Notes: generated by a model from the sequence alone, not told the origin. Counted from the first letter of the whole stretch, positions 39,841-50,412 are shown. The stretch is DNA of 63,780 nt, filler included, from Octopus bimaculoides (GCF_001194135.2; 5 parts of 5 records of this genome joined end to end with filler, not necessarily neighbours in it); one strand, 5' to 3'. A program made the numbers and translations.

Positions 39841-41315
39841 GTAACTGCAATGAGGATACGAATGCATCACAGTCGAAAAGCAAATTGAACGAAAACAATG
39901 TAGCTGAGCAACATCTTGATAAACGCAGCAGTGGCGAGTACAACCCACACGATCTGAAAACAATAGTTGCGGCAATTCTTGAACGACAAGAACAAGGCCA
40001 AAAACAGTCTTCTGCATTGAGATCTATGAACGAACTTGCAGGCGATCAGTACAATGGTGATGCATTATCGCGTGTAGTTCAACTTTTGAGAAGATCTATG
40101 CCTTCAGATTTCGATGATTTTGAAAGACGATTAGCACCAGTTCCAAGATTAGGGCGTCTAAAGAAGAGATCTGTGCTCAGTAACCCTAACAAAGAAGTAG
40201 ATTACGATGAAATTGAAGCAAATGATAACAACGAGAGCGCTGATAATATTCTTTTCCCCCGGCAAATAACCCTCCCACGATATGGAAAAGATGAGGGATC
40301 TGACGCAGCAGATGCCGAACAATATTTGTCATCGGATTGTGAAGTCTTTGATGCCTATGGCACATGTGTGCAGTATAAAATACCAGGAGAGAATGTGAAG
40401 AGGCAAGTTAGAATGTTGAGATTAGGAAAGCGTCAGATGCATCCAATAAAAATAGATGATGAAAGTACAGGGATGGATAAAAGGTCAGAAGATTTTAACG
40501 CTGATGGAAACTCCGGTGAAAATAAACGTGCAGTCTCAATGTTGCGTCTTGGCAGAAGTTTCAATGCTGGTGGACAATCTGAAGAAAATGAAATTCCAGT
40601 TTTCGACGAAGCCAAACGAGCAGTTTCTATGTTACGGCTTGGCCGCAGTGGGCCATTCCTTGATAAACGTGCACTTTCAATGCTCCGACTTGGTCGAAGC
40701 GAATTTGATCAGGAAAACACAGCTCTCCCAATATTGTATCCAGGACAAAATGGCTTCGAAAACAACAAGCGTGCTGTTTCTATGTTGCGCCTCGGCCGCA
40801 GTATGTCGGCTGGTGATAAAAGAGCTGTGTCTATGTTACGTCTCGGTCGCAGCGGATTTGATACAATGAAGCGAGCAGTTTCAATGTTACGCCTTGGAAG
40901 AAACAGTGGATATCCATCAGAAAAACGAGCAGTGTCCATGTTGAGATTAGGACGATCAGGATCAGATGAAGATAAGAGAGCAGTGTCTATGTTGCGGTTA
41001 GGGCGTAGTGGTGCAGATATAGAAGACGAAAAGCGAGCAGTGTCGATGTTAAGGCTTGGTCGTAGTGGTGCTGATAATATGAAGAGAGCTGTTTCTATGT
41101 TAAGACTAGGTCGAAGTGGAAGTGATGATATGAACACGAAGAGGGCTGTGTCTATGTTGAGACTCGGACGAAGTGGAAATGACAATGTAGGTGAAGATAA
41201 ACGTGCCGTCTCCATGTTACGACTAGGCAGAAGCGACAACAATGCAAATAATAAGCGAGCCATGGCTATGCTACGATTAGGTCGTAGTAATGACACTAGT
41301 TCAAAAGAAACCTAA
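39841..41315 (+). CDS. myomodulin: Myomodulin-family neuropeptide precursor, terminal coding exon (about 491 aa, begins in phase 1)
   Basis: Strong acceptor ttttcttttatatatttttag|G at 39840/39841, open to TAA at 41313-41315. Contains 14 KR-flanked xxxMLRL-G(R/KR) units: 11 AVSMLRL, ALSMLRL, AMAMLRL, QVRMLRL. MLRL-amide is the established hallmark of molluscan myomodulins. Confidence 0.96.
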
Positions 41316-41419
41316 ATTTTGTTGAAATGAACTAATTTATGAAACCTAAAAACGAGATATATATGTGCTCATATATATATATATATGCGTGTGTGTGAGT
41401 GTGAATGTGTGTGTATATG

Positions 41420-41474
<55 letters not shown>

Positions 41475-41805
41475 ATGTATCTATACATACATATATATAT
41501 ATACATATCTATGTATATATATATATACACATATATATACTCTGGGTATATACATATATATTTGTATATGCATAGTATATGCATATGCATAATTGCATTC
41601 GAACTTGATACACAGTCAATTTGATTAACAACAGTTTCAAAAGGAAATGGATGCGTAAACGTATAACTAAAGACCTATGACAATTACCATGCATTTGTTA
41701 GTCAACAGTATTTTTCAATAATGAAACATTAAAACTAGTTTAACAATATATATACGTATATATATATATATATATTGAAAATATGATTTCAACAAAAGGA
41801 TTGGG

Positions 41806-41868
41806 AATAAATTGTTTGTTTATTGTTGGTGATGTTTAAAAATTTCGATTCATTATTCTTCAAATAAA
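41806..41868 (+). terminator. Candidate polyadenylation signals for the myomodulin transcript
   Basis: AATAAA at 41806-41811 followed by a GT/T-rich stretch, and AATAAA at 41863-41868 followed by a T/C-rich stretch, about 0.5 kb past the stop. AATAAA is common in AT-rich DNA. Confidence 0.4.
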
Positions 41869-43128
41869 AGATTACCTCCCTTCACTTCTGCTTCCTCCTA
41901 ATTCCTTTCTTTCATTCTTTGATATTATCTATACTGTATAAAATGTATCTGATATTTTACTATTAATGAAAGGATTTTGTGAAGTTATTCTTATATGTGT
42001 ATCATGGAATGCCATGGCATTATATTAACAGGTGTATGCTGTTCGTATAAAATGAATAATAACTATATGCCTGTTAAAAGTAGGTTCATCTACATTTAGT
42101 GTTGTCCCCAGATCAAAAGAACGAAGTAACAAAGGTAATAAAAGAAAAAATGAATATAAGGCGCAAGTGTTGTTATGTGTTAATAAATTTGCTTCCCAAC
42201 CACGTTGCTCCGAGTTCATTTCCACTATGTGGCACTTTAGACAGCCGTCTTCTGCTATAGACACGAGCCGACGAAGCCTTTTGTGTTGATTTGGTGGGCG
42301 GAAACTAAAATACGTCCGTCGTGTGTGTGTGTGTGTTTGTGTGCTTGTTCCCCATCACAATCGCTTGACAACCAGTGTTTGTGTGTTTACGTCCTCGTGA
42401 CGTAGCATTTCGGCAAAATAAGTAGCCTGATTTTAAAAATATTTATTCGGATCGATTTCTTTGACTAAAATTCTTGAAGGCTCTGCTCCACTATGGCTGC
42501 AGTTTAATGGCTGAAACAAGCAAAAGCGTGTGACGTCATTTCACAGACCGAATATTCATTTCAGGATCCTAATAATTCGCCTACCTTTCATCCCCAGCAA
42601 TCAGATCGACAAAATCGTGTCTGCATTGGCTTCAAACATTTCCAGCAGTTCAGACAAGGCTTGCACGTTTCTCACCTTCAAACCGAATGTCAAATACGGA
42701 GATACATACAAGTCTTCAGCACAATGGAAAACTGGCACTAATTGAACTCATCCATCCTTACTTGCCTGGTCGCATGATTCTGTTCGGTCAATCGCTGCGG
42801 CTTGTTTCAGGGGTTGAGCTGGAGGTCAATCCATTTACATACACTAACATGAAAAGAATTTCTGTGAATTTCGGATGACCTTCACACTTTTGTCAGGGCA
42901 TCATTGCAGCAGGTCTTTTCTGGATAAAAACTGTTATTTCTCTGGAATGGTGAAGAACCGAATGAGTATTTAGAATGTAAGAATAGAAGAATAGGCATTC
43001 TTTTATCACGTGTCATTTGAACGATCAACATTAGTTACTAAGAAGTTATGCCCATTTCTGCATTACAGTCGGTTCAATGCCTCGGTGTGCATGGATATAC
43101 ATTTATACACTTATATGTATGTGTTTGC

Positions 43129-43191
<63 letters not shown>

Positions 43192-44705
43192 TATATGTAT
43201 GTATATGTATATATATATATATATAAAAATATACGTATGTATATGTATATATATATATGTGTATGTGTGTATATGTATGTGTGTGTGTTCTTGTGTTTGC
43301 ATTTCCAAATACTCTCTAGTTTATCGCAGAATGCGTCAGTTTACCGTAAAACAGTTATATATTAGAAACTAAAGATAATACATAATCAAGCAATCTGGCG
43401 CAGTGAATCATGTCTTGACTGTATGATTTTTTTTTTCGCTTGCTTCATCCAAATTGATTCTGCAATAATTATTCCTGTCTTTATAGCTATGCAATATTGT
43501 TTGTAGTCAGTGAATTTCTTTTACCATGCAGTCTCAATCATGTTAGCCGTTTCATTAACATGTTTAATCACATTCTTACAACAGTCTCTGCGCGCCCTCT
43601 TCAGAGGCTTTCACATCTCAGCGGTTACAAAGTACAGGTCTGTGTCTATGAATCAACGAGTACTTTACTGAGTATTCCGTCCATTGAGAATAATATGACG
43701 GAATTAAGGAACTGTAGATATCATCTGTTATACCGTACATAACTTTAGTCAATACAGTAGCAATGTGGGAGACCTATTTACGCCGCTGTCACTTCCTAGT
43801 TTGTCTGACGCAACTGTGCCAAGCTGGTGCAGAGTTAAAAACAGGAGAAGCAAGTAGTATTGGTAGCTGCTTCAAGGTATTCACCTCAACAGCACGGTAC
43901 AGTTCAGAAGAGTTTAGGTTACTGCCATTCGACTCTTTTGACTCTTTTTGGCACATCCGTCCGACAGACAACTTTTACGTGGCAGGTGTCAATATATATA
44001 TAATCAGTGAGGTAGCCATCCCACTTCATATCCAGTGTACATATTACATATGCAATGCTGACCTTGTGGTTAAGTATGTAGTGTAACAAATGCCACAACT
44101 TTGATCAAATATGATACTAAGAGTAAAATTGTTTTTCAGAAAGCAGGAAAACAGTCTTTGTTAAAATGTTCAGGTCGATTAGAAATTGTCACTGCAATTA
44201 CGATTTAAATTCTCGAAAATTTCCTACAACACGATCCTATGTTTGGTAGTCCTTATATTAAAAACAGTGAAACTGAAGAATATTTATAACAACCGCTCAA
44301 CTTTTCTTCAATAAATATAGAAGTATTATATGGCCAAAATCTCTAATTAAATTCATAGACAAATCCTTGATTCTTTTCTTCAATTCCAGAACTGCAAAAT
44401 TCTGCATCTTCATTGTTTTACTGTATGTGAAGAATCAAAAACAAAATCACGAGTGTCACGAAGTCAATCGTAAATTATTGAATATGTTATGAGTATATTG
44501 ATGATGTAGTTAGGTACAACACAGCAAGATTAAACACATTTCTGGCAGCTGGTACGCAAATTTTAGTAATTTGTAAGGACACTGTATTTATTTATGTGAC
44601 CATAATATACCATAAAGTATAAGCAAAACTGTTATATCCAATAATGTTAGACCTCTATATTTAGTGGCTATTTAAGCAATTGGTTCGTGGATGGTTAATG
44701 GGCTG

Positions 44706-44758
44706 GATGGATACTGATGAAGGTACAAGATGTCCTGAAATATGCATATATACCCATT
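44706..44758 (+). ncRNA. Type I hammerhead ribozyme-like motif with a canonical core
   Basis: Stem I 5' gatggata; CTGATGA (44714-20); stem II AGGtACA-aga-TGTCCT; GAAA (44737-40); palindromic stem III ATATGCATAT; cleavage triplet ATA (H17 at 44750); stem I 3' tacccatt (7 of 8 pairs, one G-U). Confidence 0.7.
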
Positions 44759-44984
44759 ACCCATTTTTCATTTTCCATCTCATTATTGTTTACATTAGAC
44801 GTATTCGGATACGAAACGTCGTAATAAATCAGTATTGGATGTAATTTCTACAGAAATTCTGTAGAGATAACCTCACCAGTAAGACTTGGTTCAGAGATAT
44901 AAATGAATGAATCGAAACCGTACTTCCTTTCCACGGTAATGATTTTGTCGACCCTTGAACCGTAAAGTGTAAACAAACGAAGGC

Positions 44985-45365
44985 ATGGATGTTTAGGAAG
45001 AAGCTTGGTTCCCAACCACATGGCTCCGGAATCAGCCCCACTGCGTGGCACCTTGGGCAAGTGTCCTCTACTGTAGTCTTGGCCCGACCAAAGTTTTGTG
45101 AATGGATTTGGTAAACGGAAACTAAAAGAAATCCGCCTTGTGCGTGTGTGTGAGGGGGTTGTGTTTGTATTTGCCCTACCACTACCATCACCTGACAACC
45201 GATGTCGGTGTGTTTATGTCCCCAAATCTTAGCGGTTCTGCAAAAGAGACCGATAAAATAAGTATTAGGCTTACAAAGAATAAGTCCTGGGTTCGATTTG
45301 TCCAACTAAAGGCGGTGCGTCAGCATGGCCGCAGTTAAATGCCTGAAACGTATAAAAGAGTAAGA
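44985..45365 (+). mobile_element. SINE family A, full length
   Basis: aagcttggttcccaaccacatgg...gcaccttgggcaagtgtc...ggcggtgcgtcagcatggccgcagttaaatg. Confidence 0.8.
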
Positions 45366-46242
45366 GAGTAAACGTAACTAGTCAGAGCACTGTATTAATT
45401 CTTTTCAAGCGTACTTTTGTTTTGAATTTCTTGAGAACACCAACTATCTTTAGTTTATCGCAGAATCCGTCAGTTTACCGTAAAACAGTTACATATTAGA
45501 AGCTAAAGATATTACATAATCAATTAAGTATTAAAAGCTAAAGATTGTAATATATTCGATTTAATATTATTAATTCTTCCAAAGTCATCTGCGTCAGACT
45601 ATGTGCCGTTGAATGTAGAGCAGGACACTAAACCACAGCTTATAGGGGGGCGCTAATGAAATTGTTAGGATTCCAAATTACTTGGTTATTCGCATTCTAT
45701 ATACTAAATTTTAATTACGTATATTTAAGAGAAGGATTATATAGGGATAATTGCTTTCTCCTACTGAAACCCGGAATTTAAAGAGCTCAAAATGGATCTA
45801 CATCTCTTTAAACATTGTGGATTTACCATTACTAGAACATCAAATGTTAATTCGGTTACCTTCTTAAATGGAATCCTTAACCAAACCACCTGTAGCAAGT
45901 GAAATGAAACACTTAAATGCTATATGAATAAACTAAACATTTAGGAAATATTCAAAGTGATTTAGCTAATATTGAAATATTTAACGTAGCTGTAACGAAT
46001 ATATTTATAGCCATTTTGTTACTTATGGTAGGATTCTAAATAGAAGTATATTTAATATGAAAATTGAACAGAATGAAGAAGATACCACGTTTACGGGTTT
46101 ATTCCATACAACCAATTGCAGATGTATAATTAGGGTTGAAATCCTCTTTCATTTTCTCAACAAACAGTTCACACAAATTATAATGAGAGAATTTTAATAA
46201 ATGTATAGGATAATGTTAATCCTTCATATCCAGCTATTCTTT

Positions 46243-46968
46243 TTTTTTTCAGTCATTTGACTGCGGCCATGCTGGAGCACCGCCGCCGTTAGACGAACAA
46301 ATCGATACCCCAGGACTTATTCTTTTTAAGCCTAGTACTTATTCTATCGTGGGAGGCGCAATGGCCCAATGGTTAACGCAGCGAGCTCACGGTCGGAGGA
46401 TCGCGGTTTCGATTCCCAGACCAGGCGTTGTGTGTGTTTATTGAGCGAAAACACCTAAAAGCTCCACGAGGCTCCGGCAGGGGATGGTAGCGACCTCTGT
46501 TGAACTCTTTCGCCCCAACTTTCTCTCACTCTTTCTTCTTGTTTCTTGAGTAACGCTGCGATAGACTGGCGTCCCGTCCAGCTTGGGCTGAGGGGACACA
46601 TACGCCATAGAAACCGACAAACCGGGCGCATGAGCCTGGCTAGGCTTTAAAAGGGCGCATAATAAAAAATAAAAATAAAGTAACTTATTCTATCGGTTTC
46701 TTTTGCCGAACCGCTAGGTTACGGGACGTAAACTTACCAGCATCGGTTGTCAAACGATGGTGGTGGGGGTACAAACACAGACACACAAATACATACGTAC
46801 ATACATACAACAGGATTCTTTCAGTTGCCGTCTACCAAATCCACTCACATGGCTTTGGTCAGCCCTAGGCTATAATAGAAAACACTTGCCCAAGTTGCCA
46901 CACAGTGGAGCTGAACCAAAAACCATGTGGTTGGGAAGCAAGCTTCTTACTACACAGCCACTACTGTG
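46243..46968 (-). mobile_element. SINE family A interrupted by another SINE
   Basis: Family A sequence stops at 46349 and resumes at 46683 with a duplicated acttattctatcg. Confidence 0.85.
46350..46682 (+). mobile_element. tRNA-derived SINE (family C head, distinct tail) with A-rich end and 13-bp target-site duplication
   Basis: gggaggcgcaatggcccaatggttaacgcagc...ggtttcgattccc head; aataaaaaataaaaataaag tail; TSD acttattctatcg at 46337-46349 and 46683-46695. Confidence 0.85.
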
Positions 46969-47724
46969 CCTATATAATATGTATATACAGTATGTAGTTG
47001 AAATGTAGCCACAACATAAACTTATCTGAGTTAAGAAATTCCTCAGATACACTAACTCAATCACTATTTATCAACTCGCTTATCTACATTTAACCTTATA
47101 GAACTCACATCTAATTTGTCAATTCTATTAAACGTTCTCGCTTGCATGCTATATTCGGTCCGAGAAATATTTTCTGTGGCATAAACAAATTATATTCTTC
47201 ATCAACCTATATCCTATTTATAAGAAGCATTTCCGTTGAAACCTATATGATCTTTATGTGAATCAAAACTATTAAAACACGTCAAAACGTTGACATACAT
47301 TAATATAATTCTTCTACTCTCTTCATTACAATTTAGTATGTTAACCTCTACGACTTATTGCCATAATTTCATTGACTGCACACTGTAGGTCAGAAATAGC
47401 ATTCTTTTCTCCAGAATCTCTTGTAGTTTACAAGCAACACATCTCTTAATGGAAAACTCTCCTATAATTCAGGATTCTATTCTTAAGCCTTTCCATACTT
47501 TCATTCTCACGTGTTATATTTAAGCGTATAATCTAGCGCATTCTTTAGCTTGCAGGCAATCTTACCATATTTTTACTGCTTGTGGAGCTTATTTGTCTAG
47601 CAAATATTTTCATTCTATTTTTCTCTCACAGGATTTAACCAGTATTTTTCGTAAATAATTATCATGTCTACTTAATATTATATAATACTAGCTGTCTATA
47701 CTTTCACACAATAATGTTTTAACC

Positions 47725-47940
47725 TAGACGGCGAGCTGGCAGAAACGTTAACACGCTGTGCGAAATGCTTAGTGGTATTTCGTCTGTCTATGCGTTTTGA
47801 GTTCAAATTCCGCCGAGTTCGACTCCGTCTATCATCCTTTTGGGGTCAATAATTTATGTACCAGTTGCGTACTGGGGTCGATCTAATCGACTGGCCCCCT
47901 CCCCAAAAATTTCGGGCCCTGTGCCTAGAGTAGAAAAGAA
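47725..47940 (+). mobile_element. SINE family B monomer, well preserved
   Basis: gacggcgagctggcagaaacgttaacacgc...gagttcaaattccgccgag...cgggccctgtgcctagagtagaaaag. Confidence 0.85.
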
Positions 47941-48509
47941 TAATATTTAAGCCTGGAATACATTTTTTATAATTTGCATATTTTTAAGATATGCAAATTT
48001 TAGCAACTACTTACATACCGCTACGGATATATGCAACACTTCGAAGACGAGATCAACATTTAACTAGTTTTTGATTTTATATGTATTTTAAAATCTTAAT
48101 ATTCCTTCTTATTCAACATTTAGATCGGCATTTTCTTTCTCTTGCAATAAATACTTTAAGCAAATATAATTCAATTTCCTTGTCGTTTTCCCAACAAGTT
48201 CTAGAGATTTTAGTATTTTTGAACAAGTTATTTTTTAAATACATAAAGGTTTTAGAATTTCGTATTAGTTGCCATTTAATTACAGGCAAAGAGATTTAAA
48301 AGTAAATTTTCATATTAACAGCGTGTTTCAAAAGATTTTAAACTGCGTTGCCGTTTACAGCGATTCTCACTTTGCGTATATTTGAGTAAGACCATATTAC
48401 AGTGTACATTTTAGTTTACCTGTGACTGCATATGCGTATGAACGTATGTATGCAACCATGTTATAGTCTTTTTACTCTTCTACTTAAAAGGTGTTACTGT
48501 ATATGTATA

Positions 48510-48781
48510 CAGTAATCCCCCCTCGACTATCGGCGAGTGTTACGCTCCAAAACTCCCCGCGATATGTGAAAATCCGCGAAGTAGAAACAGTACTGTACTA
48601 TACATATATTTTCCTTATTACGTTTATAATTTGTATATATTTATTATATTATAAATGCAAAACGACACCACGGAGTAATCGACGTAAGCTTAAATAATAA
48701 ACCGCGATAGGTGAACCGCGATAGGTGAACCGCGATAGGTGAACCGCGATAGGTGAACCGCGATATGGCGTGGGATTACTG
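48510..48781. mobile_element. MITE of Tc1/pogo (Tigger-like) type
   Basis: TA|cagtaatcccc...gggattactg|TA terminal inverted repeats with TA duplication; internal tandem array of accgcgataggtga, 4 copies plus a partial (48701-48765). Confidence 0.85.
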
Positions 48782-48800
48782 TACATACTTACTTACATAC

Positions 48801-48844
<44 letters not shown>

Positions 48845-48850
<6 letters not shown>

Positions 48851-49135
48851 GCTTAGTGGTTAGGGCATTCGGCTCACAATCGTAAGGTCGTGAGTTCAAT
48901 TCCTGGCGACGCCTTCTGTTCTTGTGCAAGACGCTACATTTCACGTTGCTCCTGTTCACTCAGCTGTATTTCAAACGGCAAGCCTTGTCACACTCTGTGC
49001 CACGCTGAATCTCCCTGAGAAGTACGTTAAGGGTACACGTGTATGTGAAGTGCAGAGCCACGTTGACGTTTGAATTTCACGAGAAAGCTGTTCCGCTGAT
49101 CGTATCAACTGGGACCGTCGTAACTGTCGGAGTGC
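48845..49135 (+). mobile_element. SINE with a family D head and a family C tail
   Basis: Head tagtggttagggcattcggctcacaatcgtaaggtcgtgagttcaattcc...cacgttgctcctgttcactcagctg matches 11430-11563 (-); the tail matches 18830-18998. Confidence 0.75.
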
Positions 49136-49582
49136 CTCTCCCTCCCTCTCTCTCTCTGTCTCTCTGTGTACATATATATACTTCTAAACAAGAATATTGA
49201 CAGTAACATCGAAGTTTCGGTCACTTATGCCATTATCGTCCTGCAATGTATTGAAGTTAATCTTGCTTTCATATAATCTCTGTTGGGCTAAAATCTTCCT
49301 TAACTATGTGAGTTAGAAACGAATGGAAATTATGTCTTTTGGTGGATTGTTATGGACTGGTGTTTTGGAGATATTTTTATTCATTAAATTTGTGGTTATG
49401 CTCTTTAGAATTTATTCATGTATGAAGCAAGTGTGTATGTTTTGGTGTGTCCCATTATTAGGTGCTAACCGGTATATATATANNNNNNNNNNNNNNNNNN
49501 NNNNNNNNNNNNNNNNNNNNNNNNNNTTAATTAATTAANNNNNNNNNNNNNNNNNNNNNNNNNNNNNNNNNNNNNNNNNNNN

Positions 49583-49711
49583 GTATTCTTTCTGTTGAAG
49601 AGCGTAGCTCGAAACGTCAAAGACTTTCCGTATTCCCGAGCGTCATACTAATATATACTTTTGTTATTTACACCACCTGTCCTCGTCTGTTGTTATTTTT
49701 TGTATATTCTC

Positions 49712-49715
<4 letters not shown>
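49583..49715 (+). mobile_element. Dispersed repeat, probable Penelope-like terminal repeat, with a hammerhead-like motif
   Basis: ttctttCTGTTGAAGAGCGTAGCTCGAAACGTCaaagacttt...cccgagcgtcatactaat...acaccacctgtcctcgtc. Confidence 0.55.
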
Positions 49716-49756
<41 letters not shown>

Positions 49757-50039
49757 GTGTGTGTGTATATAAACCTGATCTTATTTGTATGTATGTGTAT
49801 GCGTTTGCCTAAAATGGTTCGCGAGGCTCTATCATCATACCAACGTTGATTAGGCTTGCTCTCATTCCGAAAATGGTGTTGTGTTACAAATATCGATGAA
49901 GCCTCGAAAGCGTTTTAATAGTTGCCAGCAGCACTTTGAAAAAAACCCCCAAAAACAAAGAAAAGAAACTAATATATGTGTGTGTGTGTGTGTGTGTGGT
50001 GTACTGTTAGTTTACAATAGATTCAGCAAACCGTTTAAC

Positions 50040-50412
50040 ACACCTGGATGATAATATTTTACGTACAAATGAGTTTAAATTCCGCCGAGGTTGTCTTTAC
50101 CTTTCATCCTTTCGGGAGTCGATAAATTAAGTACCAGTTACGCACTGGTGTCGATGTAATAGACTTAATCCGTTTGTCTGTCCTTGTTTGTATCCTCTAT
50201 GTTTAGCCCCTTGTGGGCAATAAAGAAATAAGAAACGTTAGCACGCCGGGCAAAATGCTTAGCGGTATTTCGTCTGTCTTTATGTTCTGAGTTCAAATTC
50301 CGCCGAGGTCTACTTTACCTTTCATTCTTTCGGGGGTCGATAAATTGCGTACTGGGGTCGATCTAACCGACTGCCCCCCTACCCAAAATTTCGGGCCTTG
50401 TGCCTAGAGTAG
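50040..50412 (+). mobile_element. SINE family B, dimeric form
   Basis: Two units linked by ...tttgtctgtccttgtttg...gccccttgtgggcaataaagaaataagaaacgttagc; same linker at about 32685-32780 (-) and 54325-54415 (-). Confidence 0.8.

Noticed and set aside
40530-41285. Repeat-spacer pattern resembling a CRISPR array
   Set aside because: Repeats are conserved only as protein, differ at synonymous sites, and lie within a eukaryotic ORF; no cas genes.
40709-41296. 195-aa antisense ORF with repeats (also 40433-40615 and 40456-40869)
   Set aside because: Shadow frames of the repetitive myomodulin coding sequence; no independent features.
43763-44086. 107-aa ORF (and the 106-aa ORF at 58618-58938)
   Set aside because: No motifs or splice support; probably chance frames or decayed LINE sequence.
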